Positions 1 through 15,136 are shown, counted from the first letter of the stretch. The stretch: 64,000 bases of DNA from Selaginella moellendorffii (GCF_000143415.4 NW_003314390.1:332343-396342), one strand, 5' to 3'. The notes: a model not told the origin generated them from the sequence alone. Translations and numbers: made by a program.

Positions 1-200
1 AGACATCCTTCCTTCACTTTCTAACAAACGTCTGTGCCATCATTGGAGGTAAGTCAACCCCTCGTTGCTGCATTCCAAAATCTAATTGAGTGTGGCTACG
101 GATGACAGGGGTTTTCACTGTCTCTGGCATCATCGACTCGTTCATCTACCATGGACATCGGGCAATAAAGAAAAAGATGGAGATTGGCAAATATATATGA
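1..200 (+). CDS. Last two exons of an ER-Golgi intermediate compartment protein 3 (ERGIC3/Erv46-like) gene
   Basis: Exons 1-48 and 109-200 joined by a 60-nt GT-AG intron translate to TSFLHFLTNVCAIIGGVFTVSGIIDSFIYHGHRAIKKKMEIGKYI*, the recognisable C-terminus of plant ERGIC3-type proteins. Confidence 0.9.
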
Positions 201-1789
201 GAAAAACATTGCATAGCTTTTCCATTCAAAGGTTTTGTTCTGTCTCTCCAGCAACAGTGGCGAGCTCTAAGCATCACAATCAAATACAGTTTCAAAAGTC
301 TGTCATTTGGTGTTCCACGCGTTCTGCGATGGAGCTTGTTCGTATTGGCGTCGAATGGCTTGAGGAACTCGGTAAACTATCGAGGTTGCGGAGCTTCGCA
401 ACCTTGCAAGCTGCGTCAAGATGTGGAAAGAGCCCGCTTGTGCCTGCGCATCAAGATCAAAGGCCCGAGCCCGCTTGTGCCTGGGCATCAAGATTAAAGG
501 CCCGAGCTATGTTTGCATCGTTGGAGAGAGAGGAGGGGAACGATTTCAGTCCAGGGGTGTTGCAGCCAACAGGGAGGAGTTCGTGCCCGTCTCTTGCTTT
601 AATCATTAAAATTAAAACCACAGCGAACCACTCTCAATTTCAAGTTGCCGGCTACAATAAAATGCAGTCACTGTACATCAACTTTGAAGTTGCTGTGTAA
701 GCGCTGTCAGCCTGCACCTGGAGGTAGAAACACTTCAGAAGCGTGAAGGTATGAAGGATCGAACCGTACATTGGAAGTGATTATCCTTCTTGATTCTTGA
801 TGGCTGCTGTCATTCATTATCCTAGTTCCACAGAGCCAATATTGCTCTGGTTACATGATAGAGTTAATGTGTGTGTTTTCAAACCCCAATCTAGTGGCAG
901 TATTGGTGAGTGTTGAAGAGGGACTTTGTGAAGATCAACGAAGAGATATTGGAGGATAGAGTTCCTTTATATCTAAGACCACTTTATATCTATGAAGCAT
1001 TTTAGCTGTTGCACATGCATGATTTTTGGAGGATTAACTTATTGGACATCACACCGAACTTCATAAATTTGTGGTTTAACTTATCGCAACATTTGATATG
1101 GTCCTTTCCACTGAGTAAGGAGCTTTTTAGATAAACTATGTACCATAAGATTGAGAAAATGAATTAACACCAAGTCATTTATTTTGTATTCTACAGGTGG
1201 ACGATGATAGGAGTTGTAACATTGTTATTGTCCCATTTATATACAGCTCAAGTGTTTAATAGATTTTTCTCAAACAAGTGGAAGAATGCTCGTCAAATAT
1301 TAATCCCACGACTTAACATTACCAACTTGTAGCAATCACAAAGGTAAAGTCAACTCTATTGTTAGTATTGGATCATGACCATAAAAAAGTTTATTTTAAA
1401 CTCTACACCCCTATAACATATGTATATTGAAGAGATGGCAAATAACCATCTCAATCTGAATGCTAAAAGTTCATGTACTTCACAATTATTCCTTTGAAGG
1501 TCCAAACAAATTATTTTACCAAACCGTTTGATTATACCTGTACTATTCAAACCCAAGGATATCTTAAGACCCTTAATCAATTAGAAAAAGGGGTGCACTT
1601 TTGTTTATGGACCCTTTCCTTCTATATTTACCCCTATGGATTGTCTCTTGAGTTATTTCCTTTGGTTGCTTACAATCCCCAACCAAAATGTCAAAATGTG
1701 AAATGCCATAGCCATAAATGCAAGACTATTATCCAAAAGAATTTGATCTAGATAGGATTGTTGGAACACTACTCAATTGAGGAGGAAGT

Positions 1790-4620
1790 ATTCAACAACA
1801 ATTATAAACATACTAGCAAGAGCACTAACTTCCATATAGTGAATCAAGTAGTTAAAAGCAATAATGACATATTCATTGCCAATAATCGATCATGAAAATG
1901 CCTCATCAAATCAAATGCCATAAACTCAAACAAATGAGAAATTGCAATTGACTCCAACCATCCTTCCACAACACAAAGGGGAGTATTACGAATTTGGCAC
2001 CAAACACAATTACGTATATACTGGATAACATTACGTCGCATCTCTAGCCAATAAAAAGACCTATGTAGCTTTTTAGTCATATGACAAAGTCTCATACACC
2101 CATATAGAACAAGAAAATCATGGTAGGCATGGAGAAAATATGGAATAAAGATCGAAAGCACCACCAGTCATAAATGATCATCAAGATCCGCTCTTACAAA
2201 ATAAAAAAGACTGTCTTCAAAGCAATATTAAGAATGTAAATGAGCCTCACAAACCTTGTTATGAAAAGGTAAATCTTGCTTTGCACCTTGTGAACACTAA
2301 ACATCAAGTATAACAATTACTAATGGCACAAGATCCTCACAGATGCTAGAAGTATAGGCTTGTCAAAAACATGAGAAGAGAGTGAAGAAGGAAAAAGATC
2401 TCAAGAAAAAGCATTAGCATTAGCCATAAAACTCTCTAAGTGATGAATAATATGAAAATCATATATGTAAAGCTTCAAAGCCCATTGAGCAATATGCCCA
2501 ATTAAGTTCTTCCTCTTCAATAATGAAGTAACTATAGCATGATCATCTGCTAGTAATGTCCGAAAACCATATAAATATGCATGAAGTTTTTCAAAACCAA
2601 ATTATTGTTAAACACTCCTTTGTTATGGACTAATTCACTTTTACTAGTTGTAATATATTGTAATATACAACTAATATATGTATAATGCACAATACATCAC
2701 TCCCCCTTTATTTAGAGTGGGCTCTATTTGCTTACTTGGATTTGCATCCTTGAGTAAAATGAAAGGTTGAGTGTAGTTAGGATATACCACAAATGGAAGA
2801 GTTATCAATAGCTCTTTTGATCTATAAAGGCTCGCTCATAATCCACAGATTAAATGAAAGATGACATTGACGACTTTAACAATACTCACAATGGTGTAAT
2901 GTGATCAAAAAGGTGATCAACAAAGCGACCAAGATATTGCACCTTGCCTAAGAAGTGTTGCACATTATTTACATACTTCGGAGTAGGGAATTTTAAAACA
3001 GCCACAAGTTTATCAAGATCAACTTGCAAACCCTTACAAGAAATATAATACCTAAGATAAGTCATGTTTTTAGACATAAATATGTACTTTAGCTGCTTCA
3101 ACTTTAAACCAACTTACTATACCTAATCCAAAACTTTACGAATATCACAAACGTGTTCTTCCCATGTCCCTTCCAAATGAATCAAGACATCATCAATGAA
3201 GTTAGTAGTCACTTTCAGCATGTCACAAAAAACCTCATCTATCATTTGTTGAAAAGTTACTAGAGCATTATTCAAACCAAATAGCATCACTAAAAACTTA
3301 TATAAACCAAATGGTATATGAAAAACAATTTTAGGAATATCTTTCTCGGTTATCAACACTTGCTAATATCCAAAAGCAAAATCTAACTTGGTGAACCAAT
3401 AACTTTTCCCCAGATAATCCAAAAGATTAGTAGTGTGAAGAAGAGGGTATATATTTGGGATTATTACTTGGTTTAACGGACGATAGTCGATGTAAAAATA
3501 AATACTCCTATCAGACATTATTACAAAAAGAGGTTTACACACTCAAGGACTCCATGACTTTTGAATAACATTTTTTTCTATCATCTCTTTGACATTTACA
3601 TATCAAATCTTGATCTCTTTTGATAACCGACAATGAATAAGAACCTTGATTAGATAAGCATCCCCAATTGGAATAGGATAATGTGTTGTAATCTTGGCCC
3701 CAAACGATATGTCAAATTCAAAGAGATTGGTATACTCCTTTTATAAGCCAATCAATCGCTGCAATATAAAGATTGTCAGAGGGATCAAAAGAAGGAATAG
3801 AGGAACAAAATGGAAACATAGAAAAAAATAATAGGGAGATAAAAGTGATGAAAGCAAAAGTAGAAACAGAAGGATAGAAAGGAATAGAAGTGAAAAATGG
3901 AAGAAATATAAAGAAGTATGAGATAAGGGGGAAAAACATTAAAGTTACACTTTGCATGATTTCACCAGAACCAATCCATACTAAGAATGAGGTCAAAAAC
4001 TTGACTTGGCACCACCCACAATGACTGCAACTCAAGCTCGAGATCGCCCATATGCATAACTAAATCCCCCTCATCCCATGCATATACGTATGTATGGCCA
4101 TTGCCATACAAAATGAAAATTAACTTTGCCGCATGATGTAAATGTAGATAGTAACGTGTGGCAATAAGCCAAACAATAGAAGATAAACTTGAGCTTATAT
4201 CAACTAACACAGAAAGCATAATAAGGGACTTTTTGTTGAAAAACAAGCTTGGAAAGTAAACACTGAATAAATTGGTGCTGAGTGAACCCTTTGATGATAC
4301 TCTTGCAAGAAAGATGAAGGGGTCACTGATTTATTTGCACAAGGACCCTTTACTACTTGTGAAACTCTTCATTTTCTGGAAGCATCTCGATGTCCAGACC
4401 TTTTACTATAACAACACCAATAGAACATTGTTGATGCCAAGGTCTCTACCTAGGAAATGGAGATCATCAATCTGGAAAATGTTGACAATGCCGATAAATG
4501 TGATCAACTTCATTATATGGCTAGTAGCAAACATCATGTCCTTACCCTTATACTTAAATTTGGGTAGCAGTATCAACTTCTATTGGAACAAGACCATCTC
4601 CTACAGAAAGTGGAGTTGAA
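1790..4620 (-). mobile_element. Degenerate Ty3/gypsy retrotransposon gag-pol relic
   Basis: Broken ORFs contain RT motifs (FHIPFGLYKFLVMLFGLNNALVTFQ, FIDDVLI; 3123-3359), an RT thumb (2886-3101) and an integrase zinc-finger region (FYWLEMRRNVIQYIRNCVWCQ; 1844-2164). There are many stops, and the ends are approximate. Confidence 0.8.
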
Positions 4621-4956
4621 GGATATGCAATAAGAAAGGGAAGAGGTGACATCTCATAATATTATGCTAAGTGAAGAGCATCATCAAGGGTGGCTATGCA
4701 CAAGTCTTACAAAATCTTGATAAAGTATTGGCCACAACATTCCTAACTTAATCTACTTCAATATATTTAGCTCTGCAAGAAGTAAAAGGCTTCAAAACGA
4801 ATGCCAAATTGCATTATGGAGATAAATAGCCCTTGATAAAAACAATGCAATTGTCATTATAATCATTAGTATGTCCAAATATATATTTGAAAATGTCTAG
4901 GAAAATGCTCTAATTCTCACAAGTGGCTCATTATGCTTCTAGTTATTTATAATAAT

Positions 4957-5496
4957 TGAAAGCGTCATAAGGCCTAGAAAGACAAAGAAAAGAGAGGAAA
5001 CCTAATGAGTCAATAATAAGTATTGCTCCTTGGAGTTTTGACTTGAGATCAATGATATCCCACTCTCTTAAAAGAAACTCAAATCTTTTCCAGTCTAGCA
5101 CATCATTGAAAGGAAGATCGTAATGGTCTGAGAGAATCACTGGTGTGACATGACATGCAAGGTTAGGCAAGCACATGGTAGCACTTAGAAAGACATACTT
5201 CACATATATCCATAATGTATAGAGTCGATAATACATGCATTGTTGACTTGTAGCTGCTAGGACAAATGCAAAACTTGCTCTAAAAAACTGCTTCTGGTAC
5301 ACTAGCTCTCCAATGGCTCTACTCATCCAATTATTATTGATGGCTAGAACATCATTGTCTTCCCACAGCTTGGCTAAAACCACTTGCATCGTAGAATTTC
5401 AATGACCAGCTTAGAATTCAAGAATTATTTTGCACAAATTGAGGACCAAGAATTGCATAATGAATATCAAGAGCACCTATTTTTGACATTTCCTCC
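4957..5496 (-). pseudogene. Decayed, intron-retaining partial duplicate of the exostosin (GT47) gene at 29071-30973
   Basis: VVLAKLWEDNDVLAINNN..., VTPVILSDHYDLPFNDVLDWKRF and RPYDAF match 30270-30916, including intron sequences. It has frameshifts and deletions. Confidence 0.9.
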
Positions 5497-5752
5497 AAGT
5501 CTGGCTGGAGTTTTTTCGTGGGAATCTTAGGGATGATGTGTACTATTGGTTTGATCATTTCACAGTGATTGCCACATATCATTCTTAGGATGATCCTCGA
5601 CGTTTGTGTGAATTTCTCACATGTCTCCAAAGGACGATGTTGCAATGGTATAATGGTTTGAGTGTGACATAAGATTGATTCAACCCTTGAGGGCACATGC
5701 AAAGCAAGAAATCCTTAATGAGATTAACAAAATCCTTAACTTCCTTAATATT

Positions 5753-8700
5753 TGTAATGCACGTGGTTTTTACCCTTTATCCTATGGTGATTTACCATAG
5801 AATAACATTATGAAGTGGAACCTAAACCCTCCATGTGCCACATGTCATATGCCATATATCCAAAGGACTGCAGTGCGGAAGTTGAGTTTCAAGGCCTTGG
5901 GCCACTAAACAAAGGAACGGTGCCCAACTCCCAAGCATGAAGTTAAAGAGCAAAGGAACTAGACTATGGAACAACTCCTGAGCGTACACCCCAAGGAGTG
6001 AAAGGAGAGGGGCATGGAGCGGCTTGGAACAGTCCTAAAGTATCCAACATCCCAATGCCAGGACTAGCACGCCAAATGGAGTTTAGTGTTATTTCAGCAT
6101 ACTGGTGGCCTAACGCGAGGATATAGGTACTCCACCAGCTAGCATGGTGTGGAGCTTGGGCTTAGACTCAAGCCAGACACAGAACAAGGATAGATACACA
6201 AGCAGAAGCTAGACTATGCCTTAAGTTGGTCAGCCATGCCCAACCTACCCACTATCCCTACTATACATTTAGAACCCCCTATAGGCCCCCACCCACTTGA
6301 GGAACACACACTTTGGGCTTTCACCCCAAGCCTCCTTTAGTATCAGGAGTTAGTCTCTAGGACAAGTTTGAAACTTATTAAATATGGAATGGCACTAGAT
6401 TGTGAATTTGGACATAGGACAAACACCATTGTGTTCAAGGCAATCTCTATATTCTGTAAATGAGCAAATCTAAACACTTTCCATAAATAGCATTTGGGAT
6501 CGGAATGAGACTAACTCAAAGGGCATGATAGCAAAGGTGTTTGGTAGACATGATAAGTTATCATCTAGCAATATTGAGGGACCAAACTCAATATCACAGG
6601 GGTTCCCAATACTAGTAAGTGCAAATCAACGAATGAGTTTAGCTAACCAGATCAAGTATGTTTGACTAATAGCACTTAGAAATTCCATCCTTATGTTCAT
6701 CTGGTCAAGTGTACGAAGACCAGTTTCTCAACTAGCTTAGGCAGATACTAATAACGAGTCTAGCAATACCGACCTCTTATCATCGTGGCAGTAAGGAAAG
6801 AGTGTCCGTAAGGACTGGCCGACATATAACTTTCAATACCCGAAGTCACATTCGCAACACTCTTCCCCCCTANNNNNNNNNNNNNNNNNNNNNNNNNNNN
6901 NNNNNNNNNNNNNNNNNNNNNNNNNNNNNNNNNNNNNNNNNNNNNNNNNNNNNNNNNNNNNNNNNNNNNNNNAGTTTATGGTATTTACACTATGTGAGAA
7001 ATACACCAACTTAAATGAGTTAGGAAGTAACCTTTTTGTCTAATGCGGATGTGCTACTAACTCAAACACCTTCCAACCATCGCCGACAAGGAAATAACTA
7101 ACAGAGTTAACCACCCTTGCTACTCTGGGTGTCACCCAGCTTACAAAAGTGTGATACACCCCTGCCCGTAGGGACATAGAGAGAGAAGCCAAAGGCCCCA
7201 ACCCTCTTGAGCAAAGAAACCAAACCTGTCGGTAAGGTTTAGATAGAGTACTGTAAACAGGCAGTCAGAGTTGTTTACATGGTCACGCCTTTTTAATGGA
7301 ATAAGGAACATTGACAGAGAGGTAAGTTATGTGACCAGTCGACAGTAGCTACCCCATAACTAAAGATCTCACTATGCACATGATATGCCGAAGCCAGTCT
7401 GCCTATACTAGCCCAAATTCAAAAATCAATAGATGGACAATATTAAAGTCATAGTCAATGATATCTTAGAGACTTAATTATCAGTAAATAAATCTTAGAT
7501 TAGAACACAAAAGTATTTCAAGTAAGTTATCATTCGATAAACAAGTATTATAGGATAGGAACCACCAAGATCACTATAGTTGGAAAACATAGGATTCACC
7601 ATCCAATAAAATGCAATAGCAAGTGCATCATCAAGAATACTCAATGATAAAACTTAACTATTGAAAATTATAGATAGAATGCCAAAAAACTTATGAAAGA
7701 GAACTCAAAGAACACAAGGTATTATTGACTGGCAAGCAACATGCTCATAAATGTATCACCTGAAGGAAATAACATCTCACCTATCATAACCAATTGTAAC
7801 AATAGTCAATAGAATAGAATGAATGTTGCAACGCAAATAAACACTTAGTCATACCAACTATCACACTGGCCAATCTGAATAAATTCCGGTCAATAATATG
7901 AAAGAACTCAAGTTGTTTAAGCAAACATTAGCAATATCCTACTGATGTCTCAAACCCAAGAGACCAATCCAAAGCAAACCATAAAGAATATGTGGTATTG
8001 CGAAAAGCCATAAGCCATCAAAGAGAATAATGAACCATCATGAAAGATCATCAATCATCCCATTAATAGAGAAATGCATAATCATCATTGAAGAAAGAAC
8101 CCATCATCCCGAAGAATGGTAAATCATTATAGATTAACAATAATCAAGCAAAACCTTTAATAAGGATAATCAATTATCCTAGATGATAGTCAATCATCAT
8201 CAATAATTGTTAGATGCAAAATACTAACTTCAACATCAAAGATAAGAGCCAAAATGCCTTCCCCAACAACTTCAACAAATGGAACAATAAGCATAAAAAC
8301 TCAAGGAGCCAAAAGCTTGAAGAAGCCTATAGCCAAGTCTTGCCTAATAATGATCACAAATTTCACATGAACTAATTTCAATACTAAAGAAGAAATCATA
8401 GTATAACCCATAATATCCGCCTAAACACATCCATAAGCTAAACTTTATAATGCAAAGTTAATGAAGAGTATGTCTACATCAATCCAAAAGCCAAACATAT
8501 TGAAGCTATGTTCAACAAGTGATCATTTAATTGATCCTCCATGAATCCATCTATAGCAAAACGTAACTCACTTCATAACAAGCCTAAGAGAAATCATCAA
8601 TAATTGATATATCTCAACTAAAATCCAATAAGGATTCAATCACTTCAATATCAATCATTAATTCCTCCTTTCGTAAGGTTAGTATAGTCCATGATTAAAT

Positions 8701-11700
8701 CACTCTTCAAAGAAAAGCTCAAAACTCAACCTTGACTAATCAATCTCATCTAAAACATCACTAACTCAACTTGCCACTTAATTCATTTGAACGTCAATAT
8801 AGTTGCTAATTAGCAAATGCACGAATGCCAACAACACAAAGCCATAGTTAAATCATCAACACTATTTTCATAAACAACATAAAGCCATAGCTAAATCATC
8901 AACACTATTTTCATCAAGACCAATGAAACTCAATATCAATCATAAAGAGAAAACCCAAGGCTTGATCATGAAGACCACATCTTCGGATATCCACATCACA
9001 CTAACACTTTTCTTCAACCACCTTCAAGATCCAATGTGAAACTAAAACACTAACAAAAAAAATAACATGGAAAATCAAGCTCTAAAGAAAATTCCCTCAT
9101 CACTTTAAATAACAATGCTACTTCTACTAATACAAGTGTTAGTGATGTTAATGCCTCAATTGCACACTTTCTCTATCCAACAATCTACTCCAAGTGCTAA
9201 TAGATCAACCAACAAGCTATAGCAAATGAATGTTACAACCCTTCTTCCAACAGGGTAAACTCAAGGAAACAAGGTTTCAACTCAAGCTTAGCATAATAGA
9301 TTGTCGTCGAGAATCCAGTCAAAGCTACTACAATGCTACTACATACAGGTAAACTAGCTTCACTATCAACCATTTTGGGGTTGATCATCGTTTAACCAAA
9401 CAACTCTGTAAACCCATTGCTCACTATCATATGGATATGATATAGAAATCACAATGACTTGATCATTAATTGAGCAATACCACAAGCAATGCCCTATCAT
9501 TACTACAAAGGTTTATGTGAGTATCAAGTGCCAATTCGATTCGATAAAATGCAATATAAATACCATATCACACCGATAAAGATTTATAACACTGAAGACC
9601 ATTAACTTTTGTCCACAACATAGACTAGCTCATGTCACTCTCTTTCTGACCAAACTCAACATTAATCCAACACCAAGCTACTCAAGGAGCAATAGCAAGG
9701 TTCCCCAGAAAAGAATTAAGCATTGTAACCCAAGTCTTCCAATAACAAGCCTAGACAAAAATGGTTTAGCGCTTCATCACTATCCATCCCACAACTCACT
9801 ATTTGTAAGACCATCATAACCAACATGCATCAAGGTAGGGACTTTTGATTGCATAATGTGAACACGAGCAATGAGTCACATCTTGTTGCAANNNNNNNNN
9901 NNNNNNNNNNNNNNNNNNNNNNNNNNNNNNNNNNNNNNNNNNNNNNNNNNNNNNNNNNNNNNNNNNNNNNNNNNNNNNNNNNNNNNNNNNNCCCTACATC
10001 TTAATTGATCCACTTATAATCATACCTATAAAGAATCCACTAGTGCCATGCTAAATAGCTACGGACCAACCTATTTGCCGCTCATAGCATACCCAGGGAA
10101 GGTTTACTTTCACCCACGGTACATGAAACAACTCATAGATCCACTTTTAATGGTGTCCAAGTCTAGCTCATGGGATGGGTGCTGAGAAATTGTTGATGCG
10201 CTGGGAGGAAGAACTGGCAACACACAAGTAGAAATTACTTGATGCACCAAATCTATTCCCATCACTTCAGCAACTTTAGCAGCTCCATCCGTGCTGCGCC
10301 TCTCAAATGCTAATCGAGTTAGCAACTGCAAAATAGATAAATTCCATGGGAAAATATAAAATGGAAATCCTCTAAAACATTCTTAATGAGCCCAAGAGCA
10401 AGCTCATATAATATGGAACAAAAAGGTAACCAAATCCATACCCAAGGAACCATTGCGAAGCATACCCAAACGTGTACCCACTTGGATCATCGTTTTCATC
10501 TCTGTGTATGCAACGAGACTAATTACCCAATTTCATTGAATAGTACTTGCTGAGACTCATTCTCTGATACCAAATGTAGCACACATGGTTTTTACCCTTT
10601 ATCCTATGGTGATTTACCATAGGATAACACCATGAAGCAGAACCTAAACCCTCTATATGCCACATGTCATATGCCATGTGTCCATAGGACAATGGTGTGG
10701 AACCTAAGGTTCAGGGCATTGGGCCACTGAACAAAGGAACGGTGCCAAACTCCCAAGCATGGAGCCATGGAATGACAGAACCAAACCATGGAGCAACTCC
10801 TGAGCATATAGCCCAAGGAGCAAAGGAACATGAGCCTAGAATGATTTGGAACAATCCTAGAGCAACCAATATCCCAATGCCAGGACCAACACACAAAATA
10901 AAGCCAAATAGAGTCTGGCGCTATCTACCTTGTTGTTGATATTATTGATATTGATATTGATATTTGAGTGAAATAAGATATCTCTCTGTAGGATTGATAT
11001 TGACTTTCATTAATCTTGATGAAGATAGTGTTGATGATTTAGCTATAGCTTTGTATTGTTAGCATTCATGCATTTGTTAGTTAGTAACTGTATTGATGTT
11101 CAAATGAATTGAGTTAGTTATGTTCCAGACGAGATTGCTTAGTCGAGGTTGAGTTTTGAGCTTTTCCTTAAATGGTGATTTAATCGTGACTATGCTAACT
11201 CTACAAGTGAAAGTGTTAGTGATCGATATTAGAATGTTTGAATCCTTATTGGATTTAAGTTGGGATATATCAATCATTAATGATTTCTCTTGGGCTTGTT
11301 ATGAAGTGAGTTACGTCTTGCTATAGGTGGATTCATGGAGGATCAATATGATTATCACTTGTTAAGCATAGCTCCATTGTGCTTAGCTTTTGGATTGATA
11401 TAAATATGCTCTTCATTAGCTTTGGCATTATGAAGTTTGGCTTATGGATGTGTTGAGGAGGATATTATGGGTTGTACCATGATTTCTTCTTTAGCATTAA
11501 AATTAGTTCATGCGAGACTCGTGATCATTATTAAGCAAGACTTAGCTATAAGCTTCTTCGAGGTTTTGGTTCTTTGAGTTTTATGTTCATTGTTCCATTT
11601 GTTAGAACTTATTGGGGAAGGCATTTTCGCTTGTTAGTTTCGATGTGGAAGTTACTATTTGCATCTGGCAAGTATTAGTGATGATTGACTATCATCTAGG

Positions 11701-14700
11701 ATAATTGATTATCCTTGTCAAAAGTTTTACTTGATTATCATTGATTTATAATGATTTGCTATTCTTCGGGATGGTGAATTCTTTCTTACACAATGATTCT
11801 GTATATTTCTTTTTGATGGGATGATTGATGATCTTTCATGATGGTTAGTTATTCTCTTTGATGGCTTATAATTTTTCGTAATACCACATGTTTTTTATGG
11901 TTTACTTTGGGTTTGAGACATTAATAGGATGTTGCTAACACTTGCTTAAGCAACTTAAGTTCCTTCATATTGTTGACCGGAACCTATTCAAATTGGCCAA
12001 TACAATGGTTAGTATGACTGAGTGTTTGTTTGCGTTGCAACATTCATTCTATTTTGTTGACTATTGTTCTAGTTGGTTATAATATATGGGATGTTATTTC
12101 CTTTGGGTGATACTTTCGCAAGTATGTTGTTTTCCAGTCAATAATACTTTGTATTCTTTGAGTTCTCTTTTGTAAATTGTTTGGCATTCTATCTGCAATC
12201 TTTGATAGTTAAATTTTATCATTGCGTTTCCTTGATAATATCCTTGTTATTGAATTTTGCTGGATAGTCAAACTTATGTTTCCAACTATTGTGATCTTAG
12301 TGGTTCTTATACTATAATCCTGGTTTATCGAATGATAACTTACTTGGAATACTTTTGTGTTCTAATCTCATATTTAATCACTAATAATTAAGTCTCTAAG
12401 ATATCATTGTCTCTAACTTTGTTATTGTTCATTTATTGATTTTTGAGTTTGGGCTAATATAGGCAGACTGGCTTCAGCACTTCATGTGCATGGTGAAATC
12501 TCTAGTCATGGGGTAGCTGTTGTCGACTGATCACATAACCCCCATCTCTGTCAATGTTCCTTATTTCGTTCAAAGAGCGTGACCGTGTAAACAACTTTAA
12601 CTGCCTGTTTACAGTAGTTTATCTAAACCTTACCGACAGGTTTGGTTTCTTTGCTCAAGAGGGTTGGGGCCTTTGGCATCTCTCTCTATGTCCCCAGAGG
12701 CATATCACACTTTTGTAAGCTGGGTGACACCCAAAACAGCAAGGGTGGCTAACTCTGTTGGTCATTTCCTTGTCGGTGACGGCCGAAAGATGTTTGAGTT
12801 GGCAGCACATCTGTGTCAGATAAAGAGGTTACTTCCTAACTCATTTCAGTTGGTGCATTTCTTACATAATGTGAATATCATGACCTTTTTCTAGAGTTGT
12901 TTCCTTGGTAGTATTTTAAACTAGAGTATGCATTGATGAGGACGTCGATCTTCCCTAAAGGGGGGAGAGTATCACGAACATAACTTCAAGTATTGAAAGT
13001 TATTTTTCGGTTAGTCCTTTTGGATATTCTTTCCTTACTACCACTTTGGCAAAAGGTTAGTATTACTGGACTTGTTATTAGTTCCCACTTGAGCTAGTTG
13101 AGAAACTGGTAATTGACCATGCACTTAAATCGGATAAACATAAGGTAGGAACCCTATGTGTTTCTTGCTGAGCATACTTGGCCCAATTTGAGAAACTCTT
13201 GTCATTGGCTTGCACTTGCTAGTATCAAGAACCCATGCAATTGAGATTGTTCCCTCAATATTCGCTAAATGATAGCTTATCGTGTCTACCAAACACCCTT
13301 GCTATCATACCCTTTGTGTTAGTCTCATTTTGGTCCCAAATGGTATTTATGGAAAGTGTCTAGATTTGCTCATTTGGCATATCTACGGAATGTAAAGATT
13401 GTCTTGAACACAATGGTGTTCATCTTGTGTCCAAATTCGCAATCTAGCACCATTTCATATTTAATAAGTTTTGAGCTTGTCCTAGAGACTAACTCTTGAT
13501 ACTAAGGGAGACTTGGGGTGAAAGCCCAAAGCATGTGTTCCTCAAGGGGGAGGGGGCTATGGGGGTTCCAAATGTATAATAGGGATAGTGGGTAGGTCGG
13601 GCATGGCCGACTAACTTGAAGCATAGTCTAGCTCCCGCTTGCGTGCTTGTCTTTGTCCTTGTTCTGCGTTTGGCTTGGGTTTAAGCCCAAGTTCCATTCC
13701 ATACTAGTTAGTGGAGTACCCATATCCTTGCATTAGGCCACCGGTATGCTAAAATAGCGTGAAACTCTATTTAACTCCATTTTGCGTGTTAGTCTTAGCA
13801 TTGTGACACTGGTTGCTCTGGGACTATTCCAAGTTGCTCTGGGCTCCTGTCCCTTCGCTCCTTGGGCTATATGCTTAGGAGTTACTCCATGGTTTGATTT
13901 TGTCACTCTATGGCTCCATGCTTGGGAGTTTGGCACCGTTCCTTTGTTTAGTGGCCCAAGGCTCTGAACCTTAGGTTCCACATGACTGTCTTATGGACAC
14001 GTGGCATGTGATACATGGCATATGACACATGGCATATAAAGGGTTTAGGTTCTGCTTTGTGGTGTTATTCTATAGTAAATCACCATAGGATAAAGGGTAA
14101 AAACCACATGCGCTACAAAAGGACAATGGTGTGGAATTTGAGTTTCAGGGCCTTGAGCCACTGAACAAAGGAATGGTGCCGAACTCCCAAGCATGAAGCT
14201 AAGGAGCAAAGAAACTAGACCACGGAGCAACTCTTGAGCATACAGCCCAAGGAGCGAAGGGATAGGGGCATGGAGTGGCTTGGAACAATCCTAGAGTATC
14301 CAACATCCCAATGTTAGGACTAGCATGCAAAACAAAGCCAAATGGAGTTTGGCACTATTTTAGCATACCGGTGGCCTAACGCGAGGATATAGGTACTTCA
14401 CCAATTAGCATGGTGTGGAGCTTGGGCTTAGACCCAAGCCGGACACAAAATAAAGACAAGCACGTAAGCAGGAGCTAGATTATGCCTCAAGTTAGTCAAC
14501 CATGCCCGACCTACCCACTATCCCTACTATACATTTGGAACCCCCACAGCCCCCTCCCCCTTGAGGAACACATGCTTTGGGATTTCACCCTAAGCCTCCC
14601 TTAGTATCAGGAGTTAGTCTCTATGACAAGCTCAAAACTTACTAAATATGAAATGGCACTAGATTGCGAATTTGGATACGGGACGAACACCCTTCTGTTC

Positions 14701-15136
14701 AAGCTAATCTTTACATTCCGTAAATATGCCAAATGAGAAAATCTAAACACTTTTCATAAATAGTATTTGGGATCAGAATAAGATTAACTCAAAGGGCATG
14801 ATAGCAAGGGTGTTTGGCAGACACAGTAAGCTATCATCTAGCGATATTAAGGGACCAAGCTCAATATTGCAGGGGTTCCTAACACTAGTAAGTGCAAGTC
14901 AACGAATGAGTTTCTCTAACCAAGTCAAGTATGTTTGACTAATAGCACTTAGGAATTCCATCTTTATGCTCATTTGGTCAAGTGCACACGTGAAGACTAG
15001 TTTCTCATCTAGCTTAGGCAGAGACTAATAACAAGTCTAGCAATACCGACCTCCTGCCATCGTGGCAGTAAGGAAAGAGTGTCCATAAGGACTGGCCGAC
15101 AAGTAACTTTTGATACCCAAAGTCACATTCGTGACA
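5753..15136 (-). mobile_element. Non-autonomous (LARD-like) LTR retroelement 'family A' whose 5' LTR is disrupted by an inverted sister copy
   Basis: 3' LTR at 5753-6859 (TG...CA), PPT at 6860-6871, Met-tRNA PBS TGGTATCAGAG (minus) at 10562-10572, and 5' LTR pieces at 10575-10925 and 14118-15136. The flanks ATATT/ATATC resemble a 5-bp TSD. The internal region has no long ORF. Confidence 0.8.
10926..14117 (+). mobile_element. Inverted partial family A element (3' internal region, PPT, 3' LTR)
   Basis: 10950-12900 is the reverse complement of about 6975-8950. PPT GGGGGGAGAG at 12960-12969 is followed by an LTR at 12970-14117 ending CATGCGCTACA. Confidence 0.8.

Noticed and set aside
86-700. 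204-aa ORF
   Set aside because: It overlaps the ERGIC3-like last exon in another frame and its 3' region, and has no recognisable motifs.
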